Positions 28,696 to 40,062 of a DNA stretch of 52,333 nt are shown here, piece after piece (the first letter of the stretch is position 1; each line of letters begins with the position of its first letter). The notes under the pieces were generated by a model. That model worked only from the letters and a program-made list of their open reading frames with translations, made no database searches and was not told the DNA's origin. The position numbers and the translations under genes were made by a program. Source of the stretch: an uncultured Streptococcus sp. (GTDB taxonomy: Bacteria > Bacillota > Bacilli > Lactobacillales > Streptococcaceae). The stretch lies in the NCBI GenBank assembly GCA_959025735.1, contig CAUFJQ010000001.1, forward strand, positions 1-52,333, given 5' to 3'.

Positions 28696-29538
28696 TTATC
28701 CTTTATCTCCACCAGCTGTCAAGCCTGAAACAAAGTTCTTTTGTAGGAAGAAGAATAAGATACAGATTGGAACCGCGATCAAAATAGCACCGGCTGCAAA
28801 GAAGGCGATTTTTTGATTTTTTTGGTCACTGATAAAGGTTTGAAGACCAACGGCTACCGTATAGTTCACTTCGTCACGAAGCAAGAATTTAGACAAGATA
28901 TAGTCTCCGAAAGGCCCCATGAAAGCCCAAAGTGCTTGAACGGCAATCATTGGACGAACAAGAGGAAGGACGATTTGCCAGAAGCGACGGAAGTGTCCAG
29001 CTCCATCCAATTTCGCAGATTCATCGAGGGAAATTGGAACAGTATCAAAGTATCCCTTCATCAACCAGGCATTCATTGGAATACCACCACCAACATAAAG
29101 GAAGATCAAGAACCAAGGTTGGTTCAAGGCATTCAGCATCAAAGCCATAACGAAGAAGGCTGTGAGGGCTGCCATGGTTGGGACCATTTGAATAATCAAG
29201 AAGAAGACCAAACTTTGTTTACGCGCCAAGAAATTGTAACGGCTGTATGCGTAACCTGCGAAGGTAACGATACTTGTTTGTACAATCATGGTGATAATGG
29301 CGATAACCAAGGTGTTCATATACCAAGTGCCATAATGGGTTTCAGAGAAAAGTTTTGAGAAGTTATCAAAACTAAGATTGCCACTAAAATCAAGTGTAAA
29401 GGCACTGACATTCCCTGATTTGAAGGCTGATAGAACCGTAATCAACAATGGATAAATGATAACGATTGAAAGAACCACCATGTACAGGTAAGTCAAGAAA
29501 TGATTGAGGCGGCGTTTAAATTGAACTGAATTTTTCAT
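28696..29538 (-). CDS. malD: Maltodextrin ABC permease (MalG-type)
   Basis: [13 protein letters not shown] loop; start moved to ATG 29538, adjacent to the malC stop. Confidence 0.92.
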   Translation of the reverse strand: MKNSVQFKRRLNHFLTYLYMVVLSIVIIYPLLITVLSAFKSGNVSAFTLDFSGNLSFDNFSKLFSETHYGTWYMNTLVIAIITMIVQTSIVTFAGYAYSRYNFLARKQSLVFFLIIQMVPTMAALTAFFVMALMLNALNQPWFLIFLYVGGGIPMNAWLMKGYFDTVPISLDESAKLDGAGHFRRFWQIVLPLVRPMIAVQALWAFMGPFGDYILSKFLLRDEVNYTVAVGLQTFISDQKNQKIAFFAAGAILIAVPICILFFFLQKNFVSGLTAGGDKG

Positions 29539-29539
29539 T

Positions 29540-30835
29540 TTATACATCCTCCATATCAAATGCATGTAGTTTCTTGAAGGCAACCATAGAGATTGAGATC
29601 ACAATCACAGAGATAATCAAGGTTACCGCTGCAGCCATTGAATATTGAGGAGAAGAATTGGTTGTCAACTTGTAGATCCATGAGATCAAGATATCTGTAG
29701 ATCCGGCGTTTCCTCCGACAGAACCAGGTCCCCCATCGTTAAACAAGTAAATGATGGAGAAGTTATTAAAGTTGAAGGTATATTGACTGATCAAAGTTGG
29801 AGCTGCAACAGCCATAATCATTGGGAAAGTGATGCTGCGGAATTTTTGCCAACCGTTGGCACCATCAATATAAGCAGCTTCGTAAAGATCGTTTGGAATA
29901 GATTGAAGAATCCCTAAAGTCAAGACGTAGATGTAAGGGAAGCCGAGCCAACCTTGCATCATAATCAAAGCAATTTTTGTCCAGGTAGGATCTGTTTTCC
30001 AAGGAATCAAAACGCCATCTAAGAATGGGAAGATCTTCGCAAACAATGGGATAACTTGTGCATTGATAGCACCGACACTATCGTTAAACATATTTGAGAA
30101 AGTTAGGATAGTGATGAAGGCTGGAACAGCCCAAGGAAGCAAGAAGATAACCCCAAAGATTCGTTTTCCTTTTACGAATGGTTGGTTTGCAACAATAGCG
30201 GTCAAGATACCGAGTACGATTTGAAGAGTAGAAGCTGCGAGGGCCCAAATCAAGGTCCAGCCAAGAACCGATGTAAAGGCTGAGCGGAAGGTACTCAAGG
30301 TCCACATATTAGTGAAGTTTTGGAACCCGATCCAATCAAGCAAGGTTGTTGGAGCGGTATGTTTGAAGTCGTAGTTGGTAAAGGCGATCATCAAAGTTAC
30401 TAAAACTGGGAAGATAATCGCAAATGTCATAGCAATGTATGAAGGAATAATCAATAAATATGGGAAGCCATTTTCATAGATGGCTTGAACCATTTCTTTC
30501 AAGGTTTTTGGAACGGCAATCCCGTTGTTGATGCGTTTAGCAACTGTTCCAGCATCCTTAATATTTAAGGCATAAAATAGGAAGTAAACAACAGTGATGA
30601 TCAAGTGGAAGGCGCCACGAATCAAGATAAAGAGAGAATTATCTTGTCCACGGACGGTTCCAAGTGTAACCAATTTCGCTAATTCTCCAGCTCCAATTCC
30701 TAGGAAATAGGCGAGAAAGAGAATGGTTACGGCAAGAAAAATATAGCCTTTGGTTTTTTGTTTGTTATAAATTTGCCCAAGACCCGGGATCAAAGAGAGC
30801 CACATAGCCTTTTTAGGGTTTTGTTCTGTAGTCAT
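29540..30835 (-). CDS. malC: Maltodextrin ABC permease (MalF-type)
   Basis: [13 protein letters not shown] loop, LPWAVP. Confidence 0.92.
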   Translation of the reverse strand: MTTEQNPKKAMWLSLIPGLGQIYNKQKTKGYIFLAVTILFLAYFLGIGAGELAKLVTLGTVRGQDNSLFILIRGAFHLIITVVYFLFYALNIKDAGTVAKRINNGIAVPKTLKEMVQAIYENGFPYLLIIPSYIAMTFAIIFPVLVTLMIAFTNYDFKHTAPTTLLDWIGFQNFTNMWTLSTFRSAFTSVLGWTLIWALAASTLQIVLGILTAIVANQPFVKGKRIFGVIFLLPWAVPAFITILTFSNMFNDSVGAINAQVIPLFAKIFPFLDGVLIPWKTDPTWTKIALIMMQGWLGFPYIYVLTLGILQSIPNDLYEAAYIDGANGWQKFRSITFPMIMAVAAPTLISQYTFNFNNFSIIYLFNDGGPGSVGGNAGSTDILISWIYKLTTNSSPQYSMAAAVTLIISVIVISISMVAFKKLHAFDMEDV

Positions 30836-30962
30836 TCAAATCTCCTTATAATGTCCTTGCTAGAGAGCAAGAAGACAAGTCAGACAGTAAGTTGTGCTTG
30901 AAAATTGAACATAAGAGGTTGGGACTTTGTCTCCAACCTCTTACTCACACCTAAAAACTGTC

Positions 30963-32219
30963 TTATTTGCTACCGAATTTTTGTTCGATGGTTTCTTTAA
31001 TCAATTTCACTGCATCGTCAGCAGATGCTTTTGCAGATTTTTTACCACTTACAGCATCGAAAAGCATAGTAGCAGCTGGATCCCAAACAGCACTCATTTC
31101 TGAGATATTTGGCATTGGTTGAGCATTCTTGAATTGATCAACAACGGCAGTTGTCAATTCATCGTTTTTGCTAACCGCATATTTACGAGCTTCTGTGTTA
31201 GCAGGAACCTCATTTGTCTTGTCAAACAAAGCTTTTTGTTGGTCAGTACTTGTCAAGAAGTCAATGAATTTTTGAGCGCCATCAAGGTTTTTCGCACCTG
31301 CAGGGATAACCCAAGCTTTACCACCACCAAAGGCAGAATATTGTTTTCCGTTTGGAAGAGTTGGAATAGTTGCGACACCATAGTTTACTTTAGCTTCTTT
31401 CAATGAAGCAGCTTTCCAAGGACCATCGATGATAGCAGCTGTTTTACCTTCTTGGAATTGTGTTTGGATGAAGTTAGCAGCACCTTTAGTATCTTGCAAA
31501 CCTTTTGGCCATTTAGCATACCAAGTTTTCGCATATTCGATACCGTCGATAGAACCTTGGTTGTTCAATCCAATATCTTTAGGATCTGTACCATCTTTAC
31601 CAAATACATAACCACCATTACCTGAAAGCAAACCGTAAGCATAGTAGAAGTTTGTCCAGTCAGCTAAGAAGGCAGTTGTTTTACCAGGTTCGCTAGCGAA
31701 GTCGTACTTGCTATCTTTTGCAAGATTTTCAAGATCACCAAATGTTTTTGGAGCTTCGCTTACAAGATCTTTGTTATAGTAGAGAACCAATGTTTCGATG
31801 ACAGCAGGTGCACCGTAAACTTTACCACCGTTTGTTACAAGAGCTTCAGTTGTTTTATCTGTATGGCTATCTTTGTTTAATGTCACTTCAGCCAATTGAC
31901 CATCGCTACCAAGACCACCTACACGGTCGTATGGAGCCATCATTACGTCTGGAGCTTTTTTAGATTGGTTATCAAGAGAAAGGTTATCCAATCCACCAAG
32001 AGCATCACCAGTCTTGATGTTAATTTTTACGCCATTTTCTTTTTCAAAAGCTTTTGCAGCTTCTTCAACATAAGATTTGTAGCCTTTGTCTACATAGACG
32101 TTGATTTCTTTACTTGCCTCAGAAGAACCTGATGAGTTATTGCTACAAGCAGCAAGTAAGAAGCCGGCAAAACCAACTGTACCAAGTACAGCAGCACTAC
32201 GTAAAATTGTACGTTTCAT
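30963..32219 (-). CDS. malX: Maltose/maltodextrin-binding lipoprotein
   Basis: Lipobox LAAC, PDVMMAPYDRVG, IDGPW, PMPNI. Confidence 0.93.
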   Translation of the reverse strand: MKRTILRSAAVLGTVGFAGFLLAACSNNSSGSSEASKEINVYVDKGYKSYVEEAAKAFEKENGVKINIKTGDALGGLDNLSLDNQSKKAPDVMMAPYDRVGGLGSDGQLAEVTLNKDSHTDKTTEALVTNGGKVYGAPAVIETLVLYYNKDLVSEAPKTFGDLENLAKDSKYDFASEPGKTTAFLADWTNFYYAYGLLSGNGGYVFGKDGTDPKDIGLNNQGSIDGIEYAKTWYAKWPKGLQDTKGAANFIQTQFQEGKTAAIIDGPWKAASLKEAKVNYGVATIPTLPNGKQYSAFGGGKAWVIPAGAKNLDGAQKFIDFLTSTDQQKALFDKTNEVPANTEARKYAVSKNDELTTAVVDQFKNAQPMPNISEMSAVWDPAATMLFDAVSGKKSAKASADDAVKLIKETIEQKFGSK

Positions 32220-32271
32220 GATTTATTCCTCCTAAAGAATAAAAAAAGATAATAATTAGAAACCGTTTTAG

Positions 32272-32527
32272 ACAAACGTTTTCCTAAAACGTCTTAAGTA
32301 TATCACAAGGCGAAAACGTTTGCAAGTAGTTTTAAACAATTTTTTTAAAAATATTTTAATTCCGAACTTTCTTCTATAAAATGCATCAAATTTGTTGACA
32401 TTAGCCAAAGGAAAGAATACACTAAGGGGGTGAGGACATTCTGAAAAAAGTTAAAAAAGTTTTTAAGAAATCCCTTGCAGAAAATAGGGAAAAAGTTTAT
32501 AATAACATGGTACGCAAACGTTTTCGC
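32272..32527. promoter_or_regulatory. Divergent malX/malQ control region with MalR operators
   Basis: Operators acaaacgttttcc (32272), gcgaaaacgtttgc (32310), cgcaaacgttttcgc (32513). malX promoter TTGCAA-N17-TATACT on minus (32325-32297). Plus promoters TTGACA-N17-TACACT (32395-32423) and TTGCAG-N17-TATAAT (32475-32503). Confidence 0.8.
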
Positions 32528-32668
32528 AAAAATTGCGTAAACTGAGTTGCGCCTGTTCGATTTTTAACAAAGAGTAGAGCCGCTTGAGAGCTGGATACGA
32601 CTCTGCAACGATACCCATACCGTGCACCGAATCGCAGGCTTCAAAGAAATAAAAAAAGGTGGTAACCC

Positions 32669-34198
32669 ATGAAAAAACGTCAAAGTGGTGTTTTGATGCA
32701 CATTTCTTCCCTTCCTGGACAATACGGGATCGGATCATTCGGTCAATCAGCATATGTTTTTGTTGATTTCCTCGTTCGGACCAAGCAACGTTACTGGCAA
32801 ATCTTGCCGCTTGGTACAACTAGTTATGGAGATTCTCCATACCAATCTTTCTCAGCTTTTGCTGGGAACACTCATTTTATTGATTTCGATCTTTTGATCG
32901 AGCAAGGTTTGTTGACAGAAGCAGACCTTAAAGGAGTGGACTTTGGTCAAGATCCTACTCAAGTGGATTATGCAAAGGTTTTCGAACAACGTCGTCCCTT
33001 GCTTGAAAAAGCAGTTGCGAATTTCTTAAAATCAAGTGATCAAAAAGAATTCCAAGAATTTTGTGAAGCCAATGCTTCTTGGTTGGAGCTCTTCGCAGAA
33101 TACATGGCTATTAAAGAACACTTTGATTTGAAAGCTTGGACAGAGTGGCCAGATGCAGCTATTCGTGCGCGTGAACCAAAAGCTTTGGCTAAATACCGTG
33201 AAGAATTGGCTGATAAATTGACTTACCATCGTGTAACTCAATTCTTCTTCTTCCAACAATGGTTGGCCTTGAAAGCTTATGCCAACGACCACCACATTGA
33301 AATTGTGGGAGATATGCCAATCTATGTAGCGGAAGATTCAAGCGACATGTGGGCTAATCCTCATCTCTTCAAAACAGATGAAAACGGAAAAGCAACTTGC
33401 ATTGCAGGATGCCCGCCAGATGAGTTCTCAGCAACTGGTCAACTTTGGGGGAACCCAATCTATGACTGGGAAGCAATGGACAAAGATGGCTACCAATGGT
33501 GGATTGAACGCTTGCGTGAAAGCTTCAAGATCTATGACATCGTTCGGATCGACCACTTCCGTGGTTTCGAATCATACTGGGAAATCCCTGCTGGTTCTGA
33601 AACTGCAGCACCAGGTAAATGGGTCAAAGGTCCTGGCTACAAACTCTTTGCAGCCGTGAAGGAAGAACTCGGTGATTTGAACATCATCGCTGAGGACCTT
33701 GGCTTTATGACGGATGAAGTTATTGAACTTCGCGAACGTACTGGCTTCCCAGGAATGAAGATTCTTCAATTTGCCTTCAATCCTGACGATGAAAGTATCG
33801 ATAGCCCTCACTTGGCACCAAACAACTCTGTGATGTACACTGGAACACATGATAACAACACAGTTCTTGGATGGTACCGCAATGAAATCGACGATCCAAC
33901 TCGTGAGTACCTTGCTCGTTATACCAACCGGAAAGAGTATGAATCTGTTCCACATGCTATGCTTCGTACCGTCTTTGCTTCTGTCAGCTTCATGGCTATT
34001 GCTACGATGCAAGACTTGCTTGAGTTGGATGGTTCAGCTCGGATGAACTTCCCATCTACTCTCGGTGGTAACTGGTCATGGCGGATGACAGCGGATCAAT
34101 TGACTCCAGCTGTCGAGCAAGAATTGCTTGATTTCACAACGATCTATCGTCGTGAAAACAAAGACTTGAAAAAAGAAGTTAAGAAAGCAGAAAAATAA
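32669..34198 (+). CDS. malQ: 4-alpha-glucanotransferase (amylomaltase, GH77)
   Basis: GVLMHISSLPG, RIDHFRGF, IAEDLG, YTGTHDN. Confidence 0.97.
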   Translation: MKKRQSGVLMHISSLPGQYGIGSFGQSAYVFVDFLVRTKQRYWQILPLGTTSYGDSPYQSFSAFAGNTHFIDFDLLIEQGLLTEADLKGVDFGQDPTQVDYAKVFEQRRPLLEKAVANFLKSSDQKEFQEFCEANASWLELFAEYMAIKEHFDLKAWTEWPDAAIRAREPKALAKYREELADKLTYHRVTQFFFFQQWLALKAYANDHHIEIVGDMPIYVAEDSSDMWANPHLFKTDENGKATCIAGCPPDEFSATGQLWGNPIYDWEAMDKDGYQWWIERLRESFKIYDIVRIDHFRGFESYWEIPAGSETAAPGKWVKGPGYKLFAAVKEELGDLNIIAEDLGFMTDEVIELRERTGFPGMKILQFAFNPDDESIDSPHLAPNNSVMYTGTHDNNTVLGWYRNEIDDPTREYLARYTNRKEYESVPHAMLRTVFASVSFMAIATMQDLLELDGSARMNFPSTLGGNWSWRMTADQLTPAVEQELLDFTTIYRRENKDLKKEVKKAEK

Positions 34199-34244
34199 TC
34201 TTTCCCCCTTATTAAAATTGTTGAAACAAAGGAGACTTTAAAAC

Positions 34245-36503
34245 ATGGAATCATTACAAAAATATGTGATTGATCATCACCAAAAAACAATTGCAGAATG
34301 TTCAAATGAAGAATTGTACATTGCCTTGCTAAATTACACCAAGCAAGCAAGTGCCCAAAAGAAATTAAATACTGGTAAGAAAAAAGTTTACTATATCTCA
34401 GCTGAGTTCTTGATTGGTAAACTCTTGTCTAACAACTTGATCAACTTGGGTCTTTACGACGATGTTAAAAAAGAATTGTCAGATGCTGGTAAAGACTTGA
34501 TCGAAGTAGAAGAAGTGGAATTGGAACCATCACTTGGTAACGGTGGTTTGGGACGTTTGGCAGCCTGCTTTATCGACTCTATCTCAAGCCTTGGTTTGAC
34601 AGGGGATGGGGTTGGTTTGAACTACCACTTTGGTTTGTTCCAACAAGTATTTAAAAACAACCAACAAGAAACCATTCCAAACGCATGGTTGACTGACCAA
34701 AGCTGGCTCGTTCGTTCAAGTCGTAGCTACCAAGTGCCATTTGCACACTTCACATTGACTTCTACCCTTTATGATATCGACGTCCCTGGTTACAAGATTG
34801 ATACCAAGAACCGTTTGCGTTTGTTCGACTTGGATTCAGTTGATTCATCTATTATTGAAGATGGTATTAACTTTGACAAGACAGATATCGCTCGCAACTT
34901 GACCCTCTTCTTGTACCCAGATGATAGTAACCGTCAAGGGGAATTGCTCCGTATCTTCCAACAATACTTCATGGTATCAAATGGTGCACAATTGATCATC
35001 GACGAAGCCATCGAAAAAGGAAGCAACTTGCATGACCTTGCTGACTATGCTGTTGTCCAAATCAACGATACTCACCCATCAATGGTCATTCCTGAATTGA
35101 TCCGTCTTTTGACAGAACGTGGTATTGGAATGGATGAAGCTATCTCTATCGTTCGTAGCATGACGGCTTACACTAACCACACAATCCTTGCAGAAGCCCT
35201 TGAAAAATGGCCACTTGAATTCTTGCAAGAAGTGGTTCCTCACTTGGTTCCAATCATTGAAGAATTGGACCGCCGTGTTCGCGCTGAATACAAAGATCCA
35301 GCTGTTCAAATCATCGATGAGAATGATCGTGTACACATGGCACACATGGATATCCACTATGGATTTAGCGTAAACGGGGTAGCAGCACTTCACACAGAAA
35401 TCTTGAAGAATTCTGAGTTGAAAGCTTTCTACGACATTTACCCTGAAAAATTCAACAACAAAACGAACGGGATCACTTTCCGTCGTTGGCTCATGCATGC
35501 TAACCCAACCTTGTCACACTACTTGGATGATATCCTCGGACGTGACTGGCACCATGACGCATCTAAATTGGAAGACCTTCTTTCATATGAAGATAAAGAT
35601 GCAGTCAAAGCAAAATTGGAAAACATCAAGTCTCACAATAAACGGAAATTGGCTCGTTTCTTGAAAGACCATCAAGGTGTGGAAATCAATCCAAATTCTA
35701 TCTTTGACACCCAAATCAAACGTCTTCACGAATACAAACGTCAACAAATGAACGCTTTGTATGTGATCCACAAATACTTGGACATTAAAGCTGGAAATAT
35801 CCCTGCTCGTCCAATCACTGTTCTATTTGGTGGTAAAGCAGCTCCTGCTTACACCATTGCACAAGATATCATCCACTTGATCCTTTGCTTGTCTGAAGTG
35901 ATTGCAAACGATCCAGCGGTAGCTCCACACTTGCAAGTTGTTATGGTAGAAAACTACAACGTAACTGCTGCAAGCTACTTGATCCCAGCTAGCGATATTT
36001 CTGAGCAAATCTCTCTTGCTTCGAAAGAAGCTTCAGGTACTGGTAACATGAAATTCATGTTGAATGGTGCATTGACACTTGGTACGATGGATGGAGCTAA
36101 CGTGGAAATCGCTGAATTGGTTGGACGTGACAACATCTATATCTTCGGTGAAGATTCAGAAACAGTTATCGATCTTTACGCTAAATCAGCATACAAATCA
36201 GCAGACTTCTATGAACGTGAAGCCATCAAACCATTGGTAGACTTCATCGTCAGCGATGCCGTTCTTGCTGTTGGGGACAAAGAACGTTTGACTCGTCTTC
36301 ACAATGAATTGATCAACAAAGACTGGTTCATGACTCTTCTTGATTTGGAAGACTATATTGTAACAAAAGAACGCATGTTGGCTGACTACGAAGACCGTGA
36401 TGCATGGTTGGATCAAGTCATCGTTAACATTGCGAAAGCAGGATTCTTCTCATCTGACCGTACGATCGCTCAGTACAACGAAGATATCTGGCACTTAAAC
36501 TAA
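34245..36503 (+). CDS. malP: Maltodextrin/glycogen phosphorylase
   Basis: [31 protein letters not shown]. Confidence 0.97.
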   Translation: MESLQKYVIDHHQKTIAECSNEELYIALLNYTKQASAQKKLNTGKKKVYYISAEFLIGKLLSNNLINLGLYDDVKKELSDAGKDLIEVEEVELEPSLGNGGLGRLAACFIDSISSLGLTGDGVGLNYHFGLFQQVFKNNQQETIPNAWLTDQSWLVRSSRSYQVPFAHFTLTSTLYDIDVPGYKIDTKNRLRLFDLDSVDSSIIEDGINFDKTDIARNLTLFLYPDDSNRQGELLRIFQQYFMVSNGAQLIIDEAIEKGSNLHDLADYAVVQINDTHPSMVIPELIRLLTERGIGMDEAISIVRSMTAYTNHTILAEALEKWPLEFLQEVVPHLVPIIEELDRRVRAEYKDPAVQIIDENDRVHMAHMDIHYGFSVNGVAALHTEILKNSELKAFYDIYPEKFNNKTNGITFRRWLMHANPTLSHYLDDILGRDWHHDASKLEDLLSYEDKDAVKAKLENIKSHNKRKLARFLKDHQGVEINPNSIFDTQIKRLHEYKRQQMNALYVIHKYLDIKAGNIPARPITVLFGGKAAPAYTIAQDIIHLILCLSEVIANDPAVAPHLQVVMVENYNVTAASYLIPASDISEQISLASKEASGTGNMKFMLNGALTLGTMDGANVEIAELVGRDNIYIFGEDSETVIDLYAKSAYKSADFYEREAIKPLVDFIVSDAVLAVGDKERLTRLHNELINKDWFMTLLDLEDYIVTKERMLADYEDRDAWLDQVIVNIAKAGFFSSDRTIAQYNEDIWHLN

Positions 36504-36515
36504 TCACTAGTTATT

Positions 36516-36548
36516 AGACCAAGGTTCTTAGGACCTTGGTCTTTTTTT
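36516..36548 (+). terminator. malQP terminator
   Basis: agaccaaggt...accttggtct plus T run. Confidence 0.85.
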
Positions 36549-37191
36549 ATAGAATTGGGGGAGGAAATTGGAAAGGACTAGAGATTGGGAGGAGCGTAGC
36601 TACAGATGGTGCATGAGTGTGGGAGGAGATTTTCTTTCAATTTGCCCTTGATTTTCATGCTTCTTTCTGAAATAAAGTGAAGGAGACATCGAAAAAGAAA
36701 AAACGATGTGCCCGTTTTTCGAAATAAAAGGGAATAACCGCCCCCAAAAAATAGCTCTAACTAAGGTCTAGGTAAGGGGTTTCAAGCAATGGCTGATTCC
36801 TTAAAATTTGTTGTTTTTTTGAATTTTACGGACCTAAAAAGGGAAAATGTTACATAATTTTTCATTTCAACCTTCAAATCTAATCTATTGGTATAAAAAA
36901 ATACTTCCCCTAAAAAAGCCTTCCGGTGAAATTTAAAAAAAGAGAAAGCGGCTTGAAAACCTTTGAAAATAAAGGTTTTTTCAAACCTGTTTACATATAT
37001 TTTCAACCAAAAGATGAAGAAGAACTTGAAAGTTTGGCGTTTCAAGTTGTTATATCTTTAAAGTAAAATAAAAAATTAAATCAACAAATATTTTAAAATG
37101 GTTGATTGTGATACAATAGATTTAACTGAAAGTAGCATATTTTTGCCTCTACAGTGAGATTTTTTTAAACATAAAAAGGAGAGTTTTGAAA

Positions 37192-39996
37192 ATGAAAAGC
37201 TATCGTGAACATGTTTCGAAGCAGGAAAAATTTTCAATTCGTAAGTTATCAGTCGGTGTTGTTTCATTAGCCATCGCTGGATTGGCTACTGTCAATACCT
37301 ACGGAGCAGAAGTGAAAGCAGATGAGGCAACAGCGCCTGCAACTGAAGCGACTACTACGGATACAGCAACAAGCGATGCAGCTGTTGCAACAAGTTCTAA
37401 GTTGACATCTACAACTGTGGTAGAAGGAAATAAAACAGTTACAACGACTTATGTAGAATCACCAGAACTTGAAAAAGCAAAAGCTGATGCAGCTACAGAA
37501 GGTGTGACCGTTACAGAAGAAGCTGAAAAAGTCCAACCATCTATCGCAGTAGCAGAAGCAGATAATAAAGCCCAAACAGCTGAAATCAACACAGTCGTTG
37601 AAAACTACAAAAAGGCAAAAGCTGAGTATGAAGCGAAATCTCAAGAAATCACATTGATTGAAAAGAGAAATGCGGAAGCAGAAGCGGGTTACAAAAAACA
37701 AGTAGAAGACTACAATACCCAACAAACAGCTTATAAAGCAGCCTTAGCAGCATACAATCAGGAAAAAGCAGCTTACGATGCTAAAGTAGCAGAAAAAGCA
37801 GCAGCGGATAAGGCCAATGCAGAAGCAAAAGCTAAGTATGAAGCAGAAATGGCTGTTTACAATACAGCTAAAGCGCAATACGATAAAGATTTACAAGAAT
37901 ACCAAACTAAGAAAGCGCAATACGATAAAAATAAAGCAGCTTATGATCAATTGGTAGCGAAGAAAGCAGAAGAAGATGCTGCTAAGGCTAAGTATGAAGT
38001 TGAGCTTGCAAAATACAATGTAGACCTAGAGCAATACGGCAAAGATTTTGCTACTTATCAAACAAAACTTGCTGAATATCAAACAGCTTTGGCACAGTAC
38101 AAAGATGCTAAAGCAGCCTATGATAAGTACATGAATGATAATGGTTTCCAAGATCTAAAAGATGTAGAAACTGTTCAAGATTTGACCTTCCAACGTGAAG
38201 GTGGAGCCATTCATACCATCAATGGCATCAGCGCTTATCTCACTCGTGATGCTCAAGCTCGTTTGAATACAAGCAATGTCCATCAGTATGATTCCAATAA
38301 ATTGGAAGCTTCAGATATTGTAGCAACTAGTCCTTGGGCCAATAATGAAACTGAATTTATTCAAATTAAGGAAGGTGACAAATTTGTTGTAACCTATGAC
38401 AATTTGAATCAGTCAAGCATGCGTGAAAATACGGATATGCATCCAATCAAGCGAGTGATATATCGCTATGAAATTTTGAGTCTTCCATCAAATGACGGTA
38501 AAGGAATTGCAGCCGTTAGCTCAGACCCAACTGTAACACTAACAGTCGGTGCTTCAACAGACCAAAATAAACCCGTTAAAGTTGCTGTAGATGTTGAATT
38601 CTATGATGGTAATGGCAATAAGTTTGATTTGACACAACACAATGCGATTGTTGCTTTGAACTCTCTTAACCACTGGACAGGTGCTTCTTATGTAGATAGT
38701 GGGGATAAACCTCGTGCCCTTACAGTAGAAGCCAAGGATAAAGATGGTAAGACTGTTCGTGGAACTTGGGATCCGTATGCAGATGGTTCATCAATGAGCA
38801 TTGAAAACAATGCGGTTGTTGTTAAAAATGGAACAGCTGACTTTGGTACTGCTGATGTCACTATCTCTGCTGAAAATCCAATCAAGATTGTGGCGCAAAA
38901 AGCAACGTGGAATGGTAGTGAATTTACAGTTAGTGAAGAAACTGTGATTGATGCAACTGCAGTCAATGCTTCAGGTGCTGGGAACGGTCACTCTATTGGA
39001 ACAGATGAGTTCACTTTAGATGGTAAAGATGATGTTATCGGTTCTTATACAATTGATCCAACTTCAGGACGTATCATCTTTACTCCTAAGAAGAAATTTG
39101 AAAATGTAGAGCACCAAGAATCTGTAAATATTGGAAACAATAAATACATTCCAATTCCAAATTCAAGTGTTTCTTATGACTCTGCTACAAAAGAGGTAAC
39201 ATCATTTAAAGATAACCAATACATTGAACATGGGTCTATCTTTAATGGTGAATCTTCAACGACTCTTGAAGGTTGGGATAATCCATCTTCTCCATACCTC
39301 TATTATGGTGGAGCAGGCTTGAAGATGGCTGATGGTCACTTGGTATTTACGGCCAATGGAGCTAATGCTGCTGGTCAACCAACAGTATATTGGTTTGCGA
39401 TTAACTCAAATGTTGGTATTCCAAAAAATCCAGGTGAAGCGCCAAAAGAGCCAACAAAACCAACAGAACCTAAGGCACCAACACCACCAACGATTACAAT
39501 TGAAGTACTACCTGCGGAACCAAGCAAACCAGAAGAACCTAAAGGTCCAACGGCTCCAAAAGAACCTAACTACACTGTGATTACGGTCGATGTGAAGGAA
39601 CCAAAGGTTCCAACTCCACCAACAGAGCCAACCCCACCGACTCCTGAAGTCGTTCCAAATCCGGTGAAACCGGAAAAAACTGAAGTGAAATGGCATAAGA
39701 ATAAAGTGGTAACGGAAACAGATATTCCAACTCCGCCAACCCCAGTGCCACCAACTCCACCAACTCCATACAACCCACCAACACCAATTGTTCCACCTAC
39801 ACCAATCGTTCCACCAACTCCAGAGGTTCCAACCGAACCAACTCCTGAAGTTCCGGAACAGCCTGTACAACCTGCGCAACCACAAACACCTGCGCTTCCA
39901 AATACAGGTACAGAAAGCTCAACTGCAGCTGTTCTTGCAGGTGCGATGGCTGGATTGCTTGGATTGGGTCTTGCACGCAAGAAAAAAGAAGATTAA
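37192..39996 (+). CDS. Cell-wall-anchored GbpC/antigen I/II-like adhesin (YSIRK signal, Ala-rich helix, GbpC/V domain, Pro-rich stalk, LPNTG)
   Basis: FSIRKLSVGVVS; KAxYxxxLAxY repeats; VVTYDNL...DPT...VEFYD...SLN...YYGGAG...WFAINS core; PTPP repeats; LPNTG, TM and RKKKED. Start is ATG 37192 or TTG 37186. Confidence 0.88.
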   Translation: MKSYREHVSKQEKFSIRKLSVGVVSLAIAGLATVNTYGAEVKADEATAPATEATTTDTATSDAAVATSSKLTSTTVVEGNKTVTTTYVESPELEKAKADAATEGVTVTEEAEKVQPSIAVAEADNKAQTAEINTVVENYKKAKAEYEAKSQEITLIEKRNAEAEAGYKKQVEDYNTQQTAYKAALAAYNQEKAAYDAKVAEKAAADKANAEAKAKYEAEMAVYNTAKAQYDKDLQEYQTKKAQYDKNKAAYDQLVAKKAEEDAAKAKYEVELAKYNVDLEQYGKDFATYQTKLAEYQTALAQYKDAKAAYDKYMNDNGFQDLKDVETVQDLTFQREGGAIHTINGISAYLTRDAQARLNTSNVHQYDSNKLEASDIVATSPWANNETEFIQIKEGDKFVVTYDNLNQSSMRENTDMHPIKRVIYRYEILSLPSNDGKGIAAVSSDPTVTLTVGASTDQNKPVKVAVDVEFYDGNGNKFDLTQHNAIVALNSLNHWTGASYVDSGDKPRALTVEAKDKDGKTVRGTWDPYADGSSMSIENNAVVVKNGTADFGTADVTISAENPIKIVAQKATWNGSEFTVSEETVIDATAVNASGAGNGHSIGTDEFTLDGKDDVIGSYTIDPTSGRIIFTPKKKFENVEHQESVNIGNNKYIPIPNSSVSYDSATKEVTSFKDNQYIEHGSIFNGESSTTLEGWDNPSSPYLYYGGAGLKMADGHLVFTANGANAAGQPTVYWFAINSNVGIPKNPGEAPKEPTKPTEPKAPTPPTITIEVLPAEPSKPEEPKGPTAPKEPNYTVITVDVKEPKVPTPPTEPTPPTPEVVPNPVKPEKTEVKWHKNKVVTETDIPTPPTPVPPTPPTPYNPPTPIVPPTPIVPPTPEVPTEPTPEVPEQPVQPAQPQTPALPNTGTESSTAAVLAGAMAGLLGLGLARKKKED

Positions 39997-40031
39997 TTCT
40001 TGTTTCTTTCGTTCATTCATCTAAATAAAGA

Positions 40032-40062
40032 AAGTCAGAAGGCAAGTCCTTCTGGCTTTTTT
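40032..40062 (+). terminator. Terminator after the adhesin gene
   Basis: aagtcagaagg-caagt-ccttctggctt plus T run. Confidence 0.8.

Noticed and set aside
28813..29358. 181-aa antisense ORF in malD, and similar ones in malQ, malP, mutS, mutL and argS
   Set aside because: Antisense shadows expected from codon bias in real genes
29539..29583. Upstream extension of malD
   Set aside because: Overlaps the malC 3' end; the GGAGG RBS supports ATG 29538
39508..39980. Gly/Val- and Trp-rich antisense ORFs
   Set aside because: Mirror of the Pro-rich PTPP repeats of the adhesin
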